From positions 7,323-71,322 of the forward strand of contig CAVDUB010000001.1 in the NCBI GenBank assembly GCA_963612025.1: a stretch of DNA of 64,000 bases. The letters are read 5' to 3'. Origin of the DNA: a bacterium. Lineage in GTDB: Bacteria > Bacillota_I > Bacilli_A > RFN20 > CAG-288. The notes under the pieces were generated by a model. The model saw nothing but the letters and a program-made list of their open reading frames with translations. It ran no database searches and was not told where the DNA came from. Below, one piece after another: positions 20,034 to 29,200 of the stretch (the stretch's first letter is position 1; every line of letters begins with the position of its first letter). Position numbers and translations under genes: made by a program.

Positions 20034-20615
20034 ATGAGAAAAGATACGACGTATCGCCTTGCCATCGATTCCATGATGGCCAGTCTCTATTTTGTCCTTG
20101 CATACTTCTCTATCCGTTTTGGAAACATCACCCTGACGCCGGCAAGCATCTGCATTGTCATTGTCTCTCTTCTTTATTCTCCAGGGGATGCACTCTTTGT
20201 CGCATTGGTGGGGGAAAGCATCAACCAGATGGCAAAATACGGTCCAGGACCAACCACAGTCCTATGGCTCATTCCAGGCATGCTCCGTGCACTTATCATC
20301 TCCCTTGTCGCTTTCTTCTATCGAAAAAGAAATACATATCTGGAAAATCATCTTGTTGTCTATTTCATCACAATCATCTTTGCCGGACTTGTCACAACCA
20401 GTGCAAACACCGGAATCATTATCCTAGATGGCATCCTGATGAATTATCCGACAAGTTATACCCTTCTTGAGACCTTCTTTCGGTTCCTCTCGAGTTTTCT
20501 GACCTGCATCTTTGTCGGAATTCTCGCTTTGCCCATTCTGAAGGCAGTCAATAGGATCAATATCGGAAGAATCCCCTGTCAGGCCAAACAAAAAGAGCCG
20601 CCTCAATCCCATTAA
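20034..20615 (+). CDS. folT: ECF transporter S component, folate family (FolT-like)
   Basis: 193-aa protein with about 6 TM helices of S-component type. It begins 40 nt downstream of the THF riboswitch. Confidence 0.6.
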   Translation: MRKDTTYRLAIDSMMASLYFVLAYFSIRFGNITLTPASICIVIVSLLYSPGDALFVALVGESINQMAKYGPGPTTVLWLIPGMLRALIISLVAFFYRKRNTYLENHLVVYFITIIFAGLVTTSANTGIIILDGILMNYPTSYTLLETFFRFLSSFLTCIFVGILALPILKAVNRINIGRIPCQAKQKEPPQSH

Positions 20616-20632
20616 GGAGAAAGGCGGTTTTT

Positions 20633-22243
20633 TCATTTTTTCTTTTTCTTCTTTGTCGGAATGATGATTTCCTGAAGAGGAGAGGGCACTTCGTTTTTAA
20701 ACTGATAATAGATATCTTCCGCTGCCTGATTCCCATTGATAATCTGTGTTCCCATGCCATCGCCTGCCATCTGATGAGCTCCGGCAAAGGCAAGTCCGGG
20801 AATGAAGAATTCATTATTGTGATTCATGGCTCTGGCAGCCACATTGTCATCCATCGTGGGAAGATAGCCATAGATGCATCCTAGATAGGATTTCGAATAA
20901 TGGGCGATGGAGACCGGTGTGATGAATTCGATTTCAAGAATATGATCCGACAAGTCAAAGCCGAGACGTCTGCTTTCCAAGTCAATCAGTTCTTTGGCTG
21001 CCAAATGTTTCCATTCATCATAATTGTCTTCGTTGACCCCTTTCCATCCATCCGAGTAGGGAAGGGCGGTTATGGAATAAACGCAGGTTCCTTTTCGGCT
21101 GAAATCCGGGCGCAGTGCATTGAAACTGACATTCATCATATATTTATAATCATGACGTCCATGATATTTTTCGCTGATGAGATCAAAATCCAATCCATCG
21201 GGTGCATAGAATGTCATATAGTCATTCAATCCAAGCGACTTGCAGTCCTGATCCAGAACCATCATGACGGAGAAAGCGGTCATGGAAATCTGCTTTGAAT
21301 TGACAAAGCGAATCGCTTTATCCTTCAGGGCATCTCTCGGATAGATCATCGAACTGTAAACGGTGTTCGGATAGGCTCCGGAAATGACATAATTCGAATA
21401 AATCTCTTTTCCGTCTTTTAGTCTCACGCCAACCACATGCCCTTTATCCACAAGGATATGCTTAACTTCCTGAGAAAATTCCACTTGGATGTCTCTATCA
21501 TGACAGGCCTCCAACATCTTCAAGGAGATTTCATGGCTTGTTTTAGAACATGTATAGGGGCCATATCCTAAATAGACGGTAATCAGATACGTATAGAGAA
21601 TATATGGGAGATCGTCAGGGACATTTCCAAGATAAACCCAATAGGCCAAGAGAATCCTTTTGGCAATATCCGGAAGCCCATAGACTGAAAGGACCTCACT
21701 TGTCGAATAGGATAGAGAACGCAAGAGATCGATATGGGAATTCAGCAGATTCAAATCAAAGAAGCTTCCATCGGAAAGAGAATTGATGCTATTGAACACA
21801 TTGGCGCAATCATTGAAGAAAAGCATAAGTTTTTCATACAAAGAACCATCATTATCCCCGATAGCTGAGGCGATGTCATGGGCAGGAATGGAGAAATCCC
21901 CGCCTTTTCCTGCATGGACCACGCAAGAGAATCCCGGCTCGACATATTTATATGCTTCATCGATGCGGATCCAATCCACCTTGATTGAGAATTCATCAAA
22001 AAACTTTCGCACTTCCAATGGATGATCCTTGTCGCTGACAGAAGACATCTCATGGAGGGAAGCTTCAAATTCGAAACCGGAGCGGACAAAAGAAGTGGTC
22101 ACGCCACCCGGACGATTCTGTCTTTCAAGAATGAGGATATTCTTGAATCCATGCTTGGTCAATTTCAAGGCAGCGGCCATGCCAGCGAGGGCACTGCCGA
22201 TGATGATGCAATCATAACTCGGTTTATAAAATCGATTTTCCAT
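20633..22243 (-). CDS. FAD-dependent oxidoreductase, CrtI superfamily (OxB)
   Basis: YDCIIIGSALAGMAAA..ILERQNRPGG Rossmann motif and a C-terminal FAGAHQMAGDGMG..NG motif. It is last in a three-gene operon. Confidence 0.75.
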   Translation of the reverse strand: MENRFYKPSYDCIIIGSALAGMAAALKLTKHGFKNILILERQNRPGGVTTSFVRSGFEFEASLHEMSSVSDKDHPLEVRKFFDEFSIKVDWIRIDEAYKYVEPGFSCVVHAGKGGDFSIPAHDIASAIGDNDGSLYEKLMLFFNDCANVFNSINSLSDGSFFDLNLLNSHIDLLRSLSYSTSEVLSVYGLPDIAKRILLAYWVYLGNVPDDLPYILYTYLITVYLGYGPYTCSKTSHEISLKMLEACHDRDIQVEFSQEVKHILVDKGHVVGVRLKDGKEIYSNYVISGAYPNTVYSSMIYPRDALKDKAIRFVNSKQISMTAFSVMMVLDQDCKSLGLNDYMTFYAPDGLDFDLISEKYHGRHDYKYMMNVSFNALRPDFSRKGTCVYSITALPYSDGWKGVNEDNYDEWKHLAAKELIDLESRRLGFDLSDHILEIEFITPVSIAHYSKSYLGCIYGYLPTMDDNVAARAMNHNNEFFIPGLAFAGAHQMAGDGMGTQIINGNQAAEDIYYQFKNEVPSPLQEIIIPTKKKKKK

Positions 22244-22274
22244 AGTTCTATCTTATTTCCAATGCCTCTAAAAA

Positions 22275-23453
22275 TCAATCGATATTGATTCTGATCGTCA
22301 GATCGCTCAAAGGGTAAGTCGAACAGGCGTGGACATAATTGAAGTCCTTATCCGCGGCTCTTCGATAATCGGCCTGCTCATTGAGATAGAAATCTCCTTT
22401 TTCGATTTTTATTCTGCAGAAACCGCATTCTCCGGAGCGGCATCCGCTATGTGTCTTTATGCCCGCTCTTTCCAATGCAACAAGAATCGATTCATCGGCA
22501 TTCGCTCGAATCACATCCTCTGATATCCCTCTTTTGACAGTGATATGATAAGACTCATCCTTTTTCAGAATCGGATAATCCGGAAGTTTTCTTACATCGT
22601 CGACAGAGCCAGGAACTTCCATGCGGATTCTTCTTTCTGGAACATTGAGCTTTTTGAGTTCTTCGCGCATCGATTCATACATCTTATTCGGACCACAGAT
22701 AAAATATGTGCTATCCTCAGGAGAATATTCCCTGATGATGTCTGCCGTGATATATCCTTTTAGCCCGGTATAATCCGGATTGGCTCCGGAAAGAACATGG
22801 ACAATTTTGACCTGTGGGCATTCAAAATCCTTCAGTTCGTCTTTCAGAACGATGTCTTTTTCATCCACAGAGCCATAGAGAATGACAAGATGAATATCAA
22901 GACAACCATATTTCACTTCTTTGGCCATGGAGGCGAAAGGCGTAATCCCACTTCCTCCAGCAATGCAGACGACGTTTTTCGAATCACGCAGGGGCTCATA
23001 GAAGAATTGGCCAAGTCCAACCTCTGCCAAGAAAGAGTCTCCCACCTTGCTTGAGAGAAGAAAATCGGAAACAAAGCCATTCTTCGGCTTTTTCTTGATG
23101 GTGATTTCCACAATCGGCTTCTTGCCTCTTGTCTGGAAGGGGGCTGAAGATATTGTATAGGGTCGGCTAACGATGGAGGAGCCGATTTTCATCGTGAGAG
23201 TGAGATATTGTCCAGCCTTGAAATACGGAAAATGAGCATCTTCGCTTTCCAGTGTAATCGTCTTCGAGGAAAGAGAAGAATCCCTGATTTTGCTGATATG
23301 AACTGGAATCTGCCCTGGATGAAGAAGATGAGCAACTTCGTTGATGGGATCATTGTCATTGGACATGGGACTGGCTCTTTTGATGGCCTCTTTTCTTCTT
23401 TTAGTCACCTTGGTAGACCCAAGCACATCCTGGAAAAAAGATTTGATTTTCAT
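22275..23453 (-). CDS. FNR-type flavin reductase with C-terminal plant-type [2Fe-2S] ferredoxin domain
   Basis: RPYTISS (FAD-binding RxYS/T), GGSGITP (NAD(P)H binding), and the Cys cluster CRSGECGFC...C. Its ATGA overlaps the upstream gene. Confidence 0.75.
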   Translation of the reverse strand: MKIKSFFQDVLGSTKVTKRRKEAIKRASPMSNDNDPINEVAHLLHPGQIPVHISKIRDSSLSSKTITLESEDAHFPYFKAGQYLTLTMKIGSSIVSRPYTISSAPFQTRGKKPIVEITIKKKPKNGFVSDFLLSSKVGDSFLAEVGLGQFFYEPLRDSKNVVCIAGGSGITPFASMAKEVKYGCLDIHLVILYGSVDEKDIVLKDELKDFECPQVKIVHVLSGANPDYTGLKGYITADIIREYSPEDSTYFICGPNKMYESMREELKKLNVPERRIRMEVPGSVDDVRKLPDYPILKKDESYHITVKRGISEDVIRANADESILVALERAGIKTHSGCRSGECGFCRIKIEKGDFYLNEQADYRRAADKDFNYVHACSTYPLSDLTIRINID

Positions 23454-25003
23454 TTTTTCGATTCCTTCCTTTCTCTGTCCTGAAGAATATCATCGGCTGC
23501 CAATCTCCCATTGGCAATCGCCGGTCCCATCCCATCGCCCAAATCCGAGTGCGCCCCGGCGAAATAGAGCCCCGGAATGAAATGATCATAGCCATGAAGA
23601 AGCCTTCGAGCGATAATATGGTCATCCATAGAATGCTGATACCCATAGACACATCCTCGATATGCTCCAGTATAATGGGCAATCGTCACTGGAGACTCAA
23701 TGATGCATTCTACAATGTGGTCAGAAAGATTGACCCCGAGTCTTTTGCTTTCCATTTCAAGAAGATAACGAGCATTTTTTTCCTTGAGGGCCGCATAATT
23801 TTCCTCTGTCACATTTAGCCAACCATCGGGATAGGGGAGTGCGGTGATAGAATAAAGAGTATATCCTTCTTTTACACAATCCGGTTTCGCCTTATTCATA
23901 CAGATTGACGTGATATAGGAATAGTGCCCATGGGAATGGTAGTTCTTATCAATTTTATCAAAATCGAGACCATCCGGTGCATAGAATGTCGAATAATCTT
24001 GGATATGGAGTTCTTCAGGAGACTGGTCGAGAATAAGATTCACAGAAAAGCAGGACATGCCCAGAACCTTGGAATTGATCACCTTGCCAATTTTTTTCTT
24101 TTGGACAAGGGAAAGAGATTTCATGTTCGGATACATCTTATCTGGATAGGCTCCCGAAACAATATAGTCCGAATGGATTTCATGACCACGTATTTTCACC
24201 CCAACCGCTTTTCCATCAGAAAGGAGAATTTCATCGACATGCATACCAAATTCCGTTTTCACCCCCATCTCATGACATTTCTCAATCATCTTAAGCGACA
24301 TCTCATGAGAACATTTTGACGGAATATAGGAACCATAGCCAAGATAATCTGCCAGAAGATAGCAGAAAATGGAGGCGGGAAGATCATAAACGGAATTTCC
24401 AAGATAAATCCAATAGGCAGAAAGAATCCTTTGTGCTTTCTCCGGAAGAGAAAAATGGTCCATGACAATCTTTGCTGAGTGGCCGATAGTCCTTACAAAT
24501 TCAGGATATTTTTTCAAAAGGGAAAATGGACTATCCTTTTGAAGATTCGGATCGCTCATGGCAATATAGATTTTCCTGCAGAAATTCAAAAAAGAAAGAA
24601 TCTTCTGATAGCAGTCCTCTTCCTTAACGGCCTCTGCAATCTCTTTTGCCGTAAGAGAGTAGTCTCCATCCTCTCCGGCATGAATAAGAACATTCACCTC
24701 TTGATCCACATAGCGATAGGCTTCAGGAACACGAATCCACGAGATATCGATTCCCATATCCTGGAAAAACTTTCCAATCGAAAGGCAATTATTCTTTCCA
24801 ATCGACATCATCTCATGAAGGGTCGCTTCCATCTCGATACCATGACGAAGATAAGATGTCGCAAGTCCGCCAGGAAGATTGTGCTGTTCTAGAATGAGGA
24901 CGTCCTTGACGCCTTTCTTCTTCAGTTCAAGGGCACAGGCCATGCCGGCGAGCCCTGCGCCGATGATGATGACATCATATTTATTTTTGAAATAAGGTTC
25001 CAT
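23450..25003 (-). CDS. FAD-dependent oxidoreductase, CrtI superfamily (OxA)
   Basis: YDVIIIGAGLAGMACA..ILEQHNLPGG. ATG 25003 (MEPYFKNKYD) aligns with the paralog's N-terminus (MENRFYKPSYD), so it is preferred over GTG 25027. Confidence 0.75.
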   Translation of the reverse strand: MEPYFKNKYDVIIIGAGLAGMACALELKKKGVKDVLILEQHNLPGGLATSYLRHGIEMEATLHEMMSIGKNNCLSIGKFFQDMGIDISWIRVPEAYRYVDQEVNVLIHAGEDGDYSLTAKEIAEAVKEEDCYQKILSFLNFCRKIYIAMSDPNLQKDSPFSLLKKYPEFVRTIGHSAKIVMDHFSLPEKAQRILSAYWIYLGNSVYDLPASIFCYLLADYLGYGSYIPSKCSHEMSLKMIEKCHEMGVKTEFGMHVDEILLSDGKAVGVKIRGHEIHSDYIVSGAYPDKMYPNMKSLSLVQKKKIGKVINSKVLGMSCFSVNLILDQSPEELHIQDYSTFYAPDGLDFDKIDKNYHSHGHYSYITSICMNKAKPDCVKEGYTLYSITALPYPDGWLNVTEENYAALKEKNARYLLEMESKRLGVNLSDHIVECIIESPVTIAHYTGAYRGCVYGYQHSMDDHIIARRLLHGYDHFIPGLYFAGAHSDLGDGMGPAIANGRLAADDILQDRERKESKK

Positions 25004-25168
25004 GTGAAATGTTTGTTGTGCTTTCACACTATTTTATACCAAAATCATTTGATTTCTAGAATTTTGTCATATATTTCACTCTTTTATCCTTTTCGTCTTT
25101 CATTCATATAAAAAGACTATCAAGAATGAGAAAAAAAGAAGATCATTCCAGATAGCCTAATTTCATTT

Positions 25169-26050
25169 TTATGCCTGAATCGTCTTCTTGAGTTCCATGA
25201 CTCTCGACAAAGACATCTTGAGAAGGGCGGCAATCTTCTCCTCGGGGAAAGTTCCTTCTTTCAGAAGGGAAAGACAACATTCATCATGTGCTTCAGCCTT
25301 GCCTTCCTCTCTCCCTTCTTTTTTTCCCTCTTCTCGACCTTCTTCTTTTCCTTCCTCTCTTCCTTCCTCCTTACATTTGTCTGCAAGATCATCCTTCAGA
25401 TTCTAGATTCTTCCCATTTCCTCACTGACCTCGATGCCATTTATTTGACGATATTGTACCATAGCCTTCCTGATGGTGTCATCTGTTATTTTTGCAACGT
25501 CATGCTCTGCGAGATTGAAGAACAGCGCGACATGTGCTGTCTTTTGTCCTCTATATCTCATGTTGTAGAGCCTGACTTCCTCCTGACATTCCACCCTGTC
25601 GTTCGTATCCAAATTGACCGCCTGGAATCTCTTGCAGAGGACATCCTCACTGAAAGTGCAGTCCTCGATGAGGAATAAGACGATGACCTTGGGTATATGG
25701 CCATAGTCCTCTCCGCTCTTGTGGTTGACCTGCTTCAGTTTTTCGCCATCGTCGAATCCCCTGTTGACCAAGTCCTTCTCATGCACCTTCTGCATCTCGA
25801 TGTCATAGTGGACTCCATCTGTATCCAAGGCATGAATATGCAGCTTGGCCGCATGGGAATCAAGGCTCATCCCTGCGATCCATTCCCGGGTCTGGACGGT
25901 CTTCAAATAGATGTCATCCCTTTCCAATAAAACGCGAAGTACATGCTCAGCAAGTTCATTGTTCTTGTTGAACGCCATCGTCATGATGGCATCCGACATG
26001 AGACAGCATTTTTCAATCCTCCTTCGTTTCTCTTCTTCCGATAGTCCCAT
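25169..26050 (-). pseudogene. Rpn / PD-(D/E)XK nuclease-family transposase-like gene interrupted by an in-frame TAG
   Basis: The 215-aa N-part carries D..D.EMQ-type nuclease motifs. TAG lies at 25403..25405. The same frame continues for 77 codons through an EEGREEGKEEG linker and a helical tail to TAA at 25169..25171. Sampled lines have about 50% GC versus about 40% in neighbours. Confidence 0.6.
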
Positions 26051-26225
26051 AGAAATAGACCTCTTTCACATATATATTCCCGTGTGAGAGGTGTTTTTCC
26101 GAAAAAAAGATGAAGTTTTTTGAACAGACAAATGCATTATATTTTTTCAACTGATAATCAACTAGGACTTCCGAAGTCACAAAAAAAGGCTTGGAAGACC
26201 ATCGTCTTCTTTCGCCTTTTTGATC

Positions 26226-29200
26226 TCAGAGATTTGCGTAATCGAATAGGAACGGATAAGATGTCACGTCATATTCGTCAGCAAGACATTTTGTCTTCTT
26301 GTCAGATCCCGTTGTCGTGACGGAATAGTCATTGATGAATGTTGTCAACTGCATAGAAGAGAAATCATAGACTCTCTTTGTCTTCGTCTCGATGCTCAAA
26401 GTAAGATCATCCTGACAATTCGTATCGATCAGATTGACAAGTGAATTCATTCGAGCCATGCCAGACTTCTGAGAAACATCCGTCTTGGAATCATAATAGC
26501 CCATATCAACGTAATTGCCCGTCGAGACGGCCTGAATGCCACCTTTGAGGGAGACCTTGGCCAATCCAGAGAGAACATTGAGTTCACAAGAAAGTTGAGC
26601 AGCATAGAATGGCGTCTTCTTCTCATCACCCTGGATTGTATAGTGATACAGTTTCAGATAGACATTATCGAAGGAAAGGAGGGAAATCGAATCATCACCC
26701 GAACCGACTTTGACAGAGAGAAGTTCATTCAGATTTAGGTTGAAGGAGAATTTCTGCTTTGATTCATTATAGAGAATCGATGTATTCTGATTATTCTCAT
26801 CATAGACATTGAACAGAGATGAGAAATCCGAATTGAGCTGGATAGACAAATCTGTCGTCAGAGAGGTCACATTCTCCGCTTTCGGAGTCGACGAGGAATC
26901 CGTTCCATCTTCCTTGTTTTTCAAGGCCTGATAGATATTTGCCATCAAGGTCTTTCCGGCAATTCTGTCATCGATGCCAAGGCCCTGTGAGACAAGATAG
27001 TAGAGAACATTGTTTTCGAATTCCTTTTTGGTCACACGATAGGCCGTCGAAGAAATCTGATTCACGACATTCTCATTTTCATCAAGCACAGCATCCGTCC
27101 TGGTATTGTCCATATAGACATAGTCGACATCTTCTTTGCTTGTGAAAGCGAATTCTGTTACATAATAGCCGGATTGCTGAATTGTCTGATTGCCGACCTT
27201 CAAGGCAAGATAGGTATTCACGTCGCCATTCTCATCGATATAGAGTGAAACATTGAAATTCAGATCGAAGCAGAGGGCATCCAAATTGATTGGCTGCTGG
27301 GAAGTGGAATTCTCAAACATAGTGAAATCCAGATTGAGATATCCCTGGAAGTGGAAATAGTTGTTCTCGGTGGTGTCAATCATCATCTTCGTGAGGTTCT
27401 TCAATCCATCCAAGGAAACGAATTTGCCCTTGTTGGCTTCATTATATTCCAAAACCGACGGGAGGTCTTCCTCGGAATAGGGGACTAGTTCGATACTACC
27501 CTTGCAGACTGTCTTTCCTTCCTTGGAAAGATCCACGGAAAGAGATGTCAGGATTGGATTTGCAGAATCTTCGTATTTGATCTTCAGAATGACCAAATCA
27601 CCTTCTTCCTGGATATTATAGAGTCTCTTATCGATCTTGATCGTGATTTCATTTTCGGTGTCAGAGAAATCCACAGAGTGGATATACGGATAAGAAAGAA
27701 GAAGACTTGGAGCTGAAAGAGAAATGACATCTTTTATCGGCATATTCGATGCGACAGAGGAAGATGTATCCAAGAGATTATTCAATAATGAAGTCTCGCT
27801 TGTCGAAGAAATGGTATTGACCATATCCTTGATGGTTGAGGAATGTAAGACAGCATGAAGATGCTCATTGTAGTCGGCAGTCAGTTCTCCATCACCTGAA
27901 GTGTCCTTTTGATACTTAAACTTCAGTTTCTGATCCGCTTGGGTCTTTTTCACACTCAACGTGTTGTCAATCGAAACGAATGGATGGGAAAGAACAAGGC
28001 TACCAGCAAATTTAGGATCATCTTTCACACTGAGATCCCAATAGGCAGAACCGGTAAGAGTCAAAGCACTTCCATAGGAGAGAACACTTCCATTCTCATC
28101 CATGGTCGGGTCTTTCTTATATTCCGCATTGACCTTGATACCATATTTCTCAATTTGGTTTCCAAGGTTGTAGAAGGAATCGACAATCGTATTGAAATCC
28201 TCAATCTTCTGATATTTTGCGCAAGCTTCTTCGTCAAGTTGGAAGGAAGAGAAAGAAGAAGAGAAATTCAGAGTGAAGGAGAAATCCTGATTGGATGAAA
28301 TCTTCGTCGAGATGGACAAACTCTTCATGCTCTTATCTTTCGTCGAAAGAAGAATCGTGATATTGCTTAGATTCTTTCCAATCAGGGAATCCGTTTTGAA
28401 AATCTTGTCGATGTTCAAGACAAGGGAGAGATATCCGCCATTCTCATCTTCATTCGAGGTGAGTGTAAAGACATTATCAAATCCGACAAGCGAACCATTT
28501 TGGACTTTTTTGATGGCATTCTGGAAATCCTCATTCATGCCAAGGAAATCCAAGACTTTGGAGACCTGATCGAAGGAAACAGAAACCGAGGAATCCGTTT
28601 TCTTATCCAAAACAGTCATCATCTTTCCGAGACTCACATTCTCAATCTCATTTTTGAAGACCGTATTCGATGGATTGTTTCCATAGATGGTGTCATAACC
28701 GAAGTAGAGATTATGATCCTGATAATTCATATTCAGATTGTGAACGCTCTCCCCACAGGAAGCCTTCATGGAAAGGACATAATCGCCTTCTGTCACCTTA
28801 TCAAGAATTGTGCCTTTGTTCGTCACAGAGGAAAGATCAGCGCCGATCAAACCACTGGCCGAAATCAAAGAATAGTTGTTATTCGTTCCATCATTGATCT
28901 TATCATTGTAGGTCAAGGTATAGTCTGCGAGGAATTTCTCATTTTGAGCGAAATTCGAAATCGAGGAGAAAATATCGCAGACCGGAGCAAGATTCTGATA
29001 TTGACTCTTTTCTTCATCACTGATGCTCAATTCCTTCTTCGTTTCTTCCGTAGATGCTTTCGGAGTCAAGGAAAGAGAAATGGTCGTCGTCTCTTTCTTT
29101 CCAGAGGTCGAATCCGTCGAAGAGAAGGACAATCCTTCGATTGTGATTTTCTCAATCTTCTTTTCGGAGGAACATTTGATCTTCAAGACGATGGCTCCAT

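Noticed and set aside
19916-20470. A 184-aa Cys/His-rich ORF overlaps the THF riboswitch and folT in another frame.
   Set aside because: It starts inside a well-supported riboswitch aptamer and overlaps the membrane-protein frame, which has S-component character. It has no SD, and its composition is typical of an out-of-frame artefact.
20633-25003. I considered a carotenoid or staphyloxanthin-type biosynthesis cluster, because of the multiple CrtI-like genes.
   Set aside because: The window contains no phytoene/dehydrosqualene synthase (CrtB/CrtM), cyclase, glycosyltransferase or acyltransferase. The partner gene is an FNR-[2Fe-2S] reductase instead. I report it as an unassigned flavoprotein redox system.
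25188-25678. Ser/Phe/Pro-rich ORFs (25188..25406 and 25286..25678) with tandem-looking SSLPSFFPSS repeats. I first considered a repeat protein or a repeat array.
   Set aside because: They are the reverse-strand shadow of the EEGREEGKEEG linker of the Rpn-like gene. The periodicity is an imperfect coding low-complexity tract, not a CRISPR array or a tandem DNA repeat with spacers.
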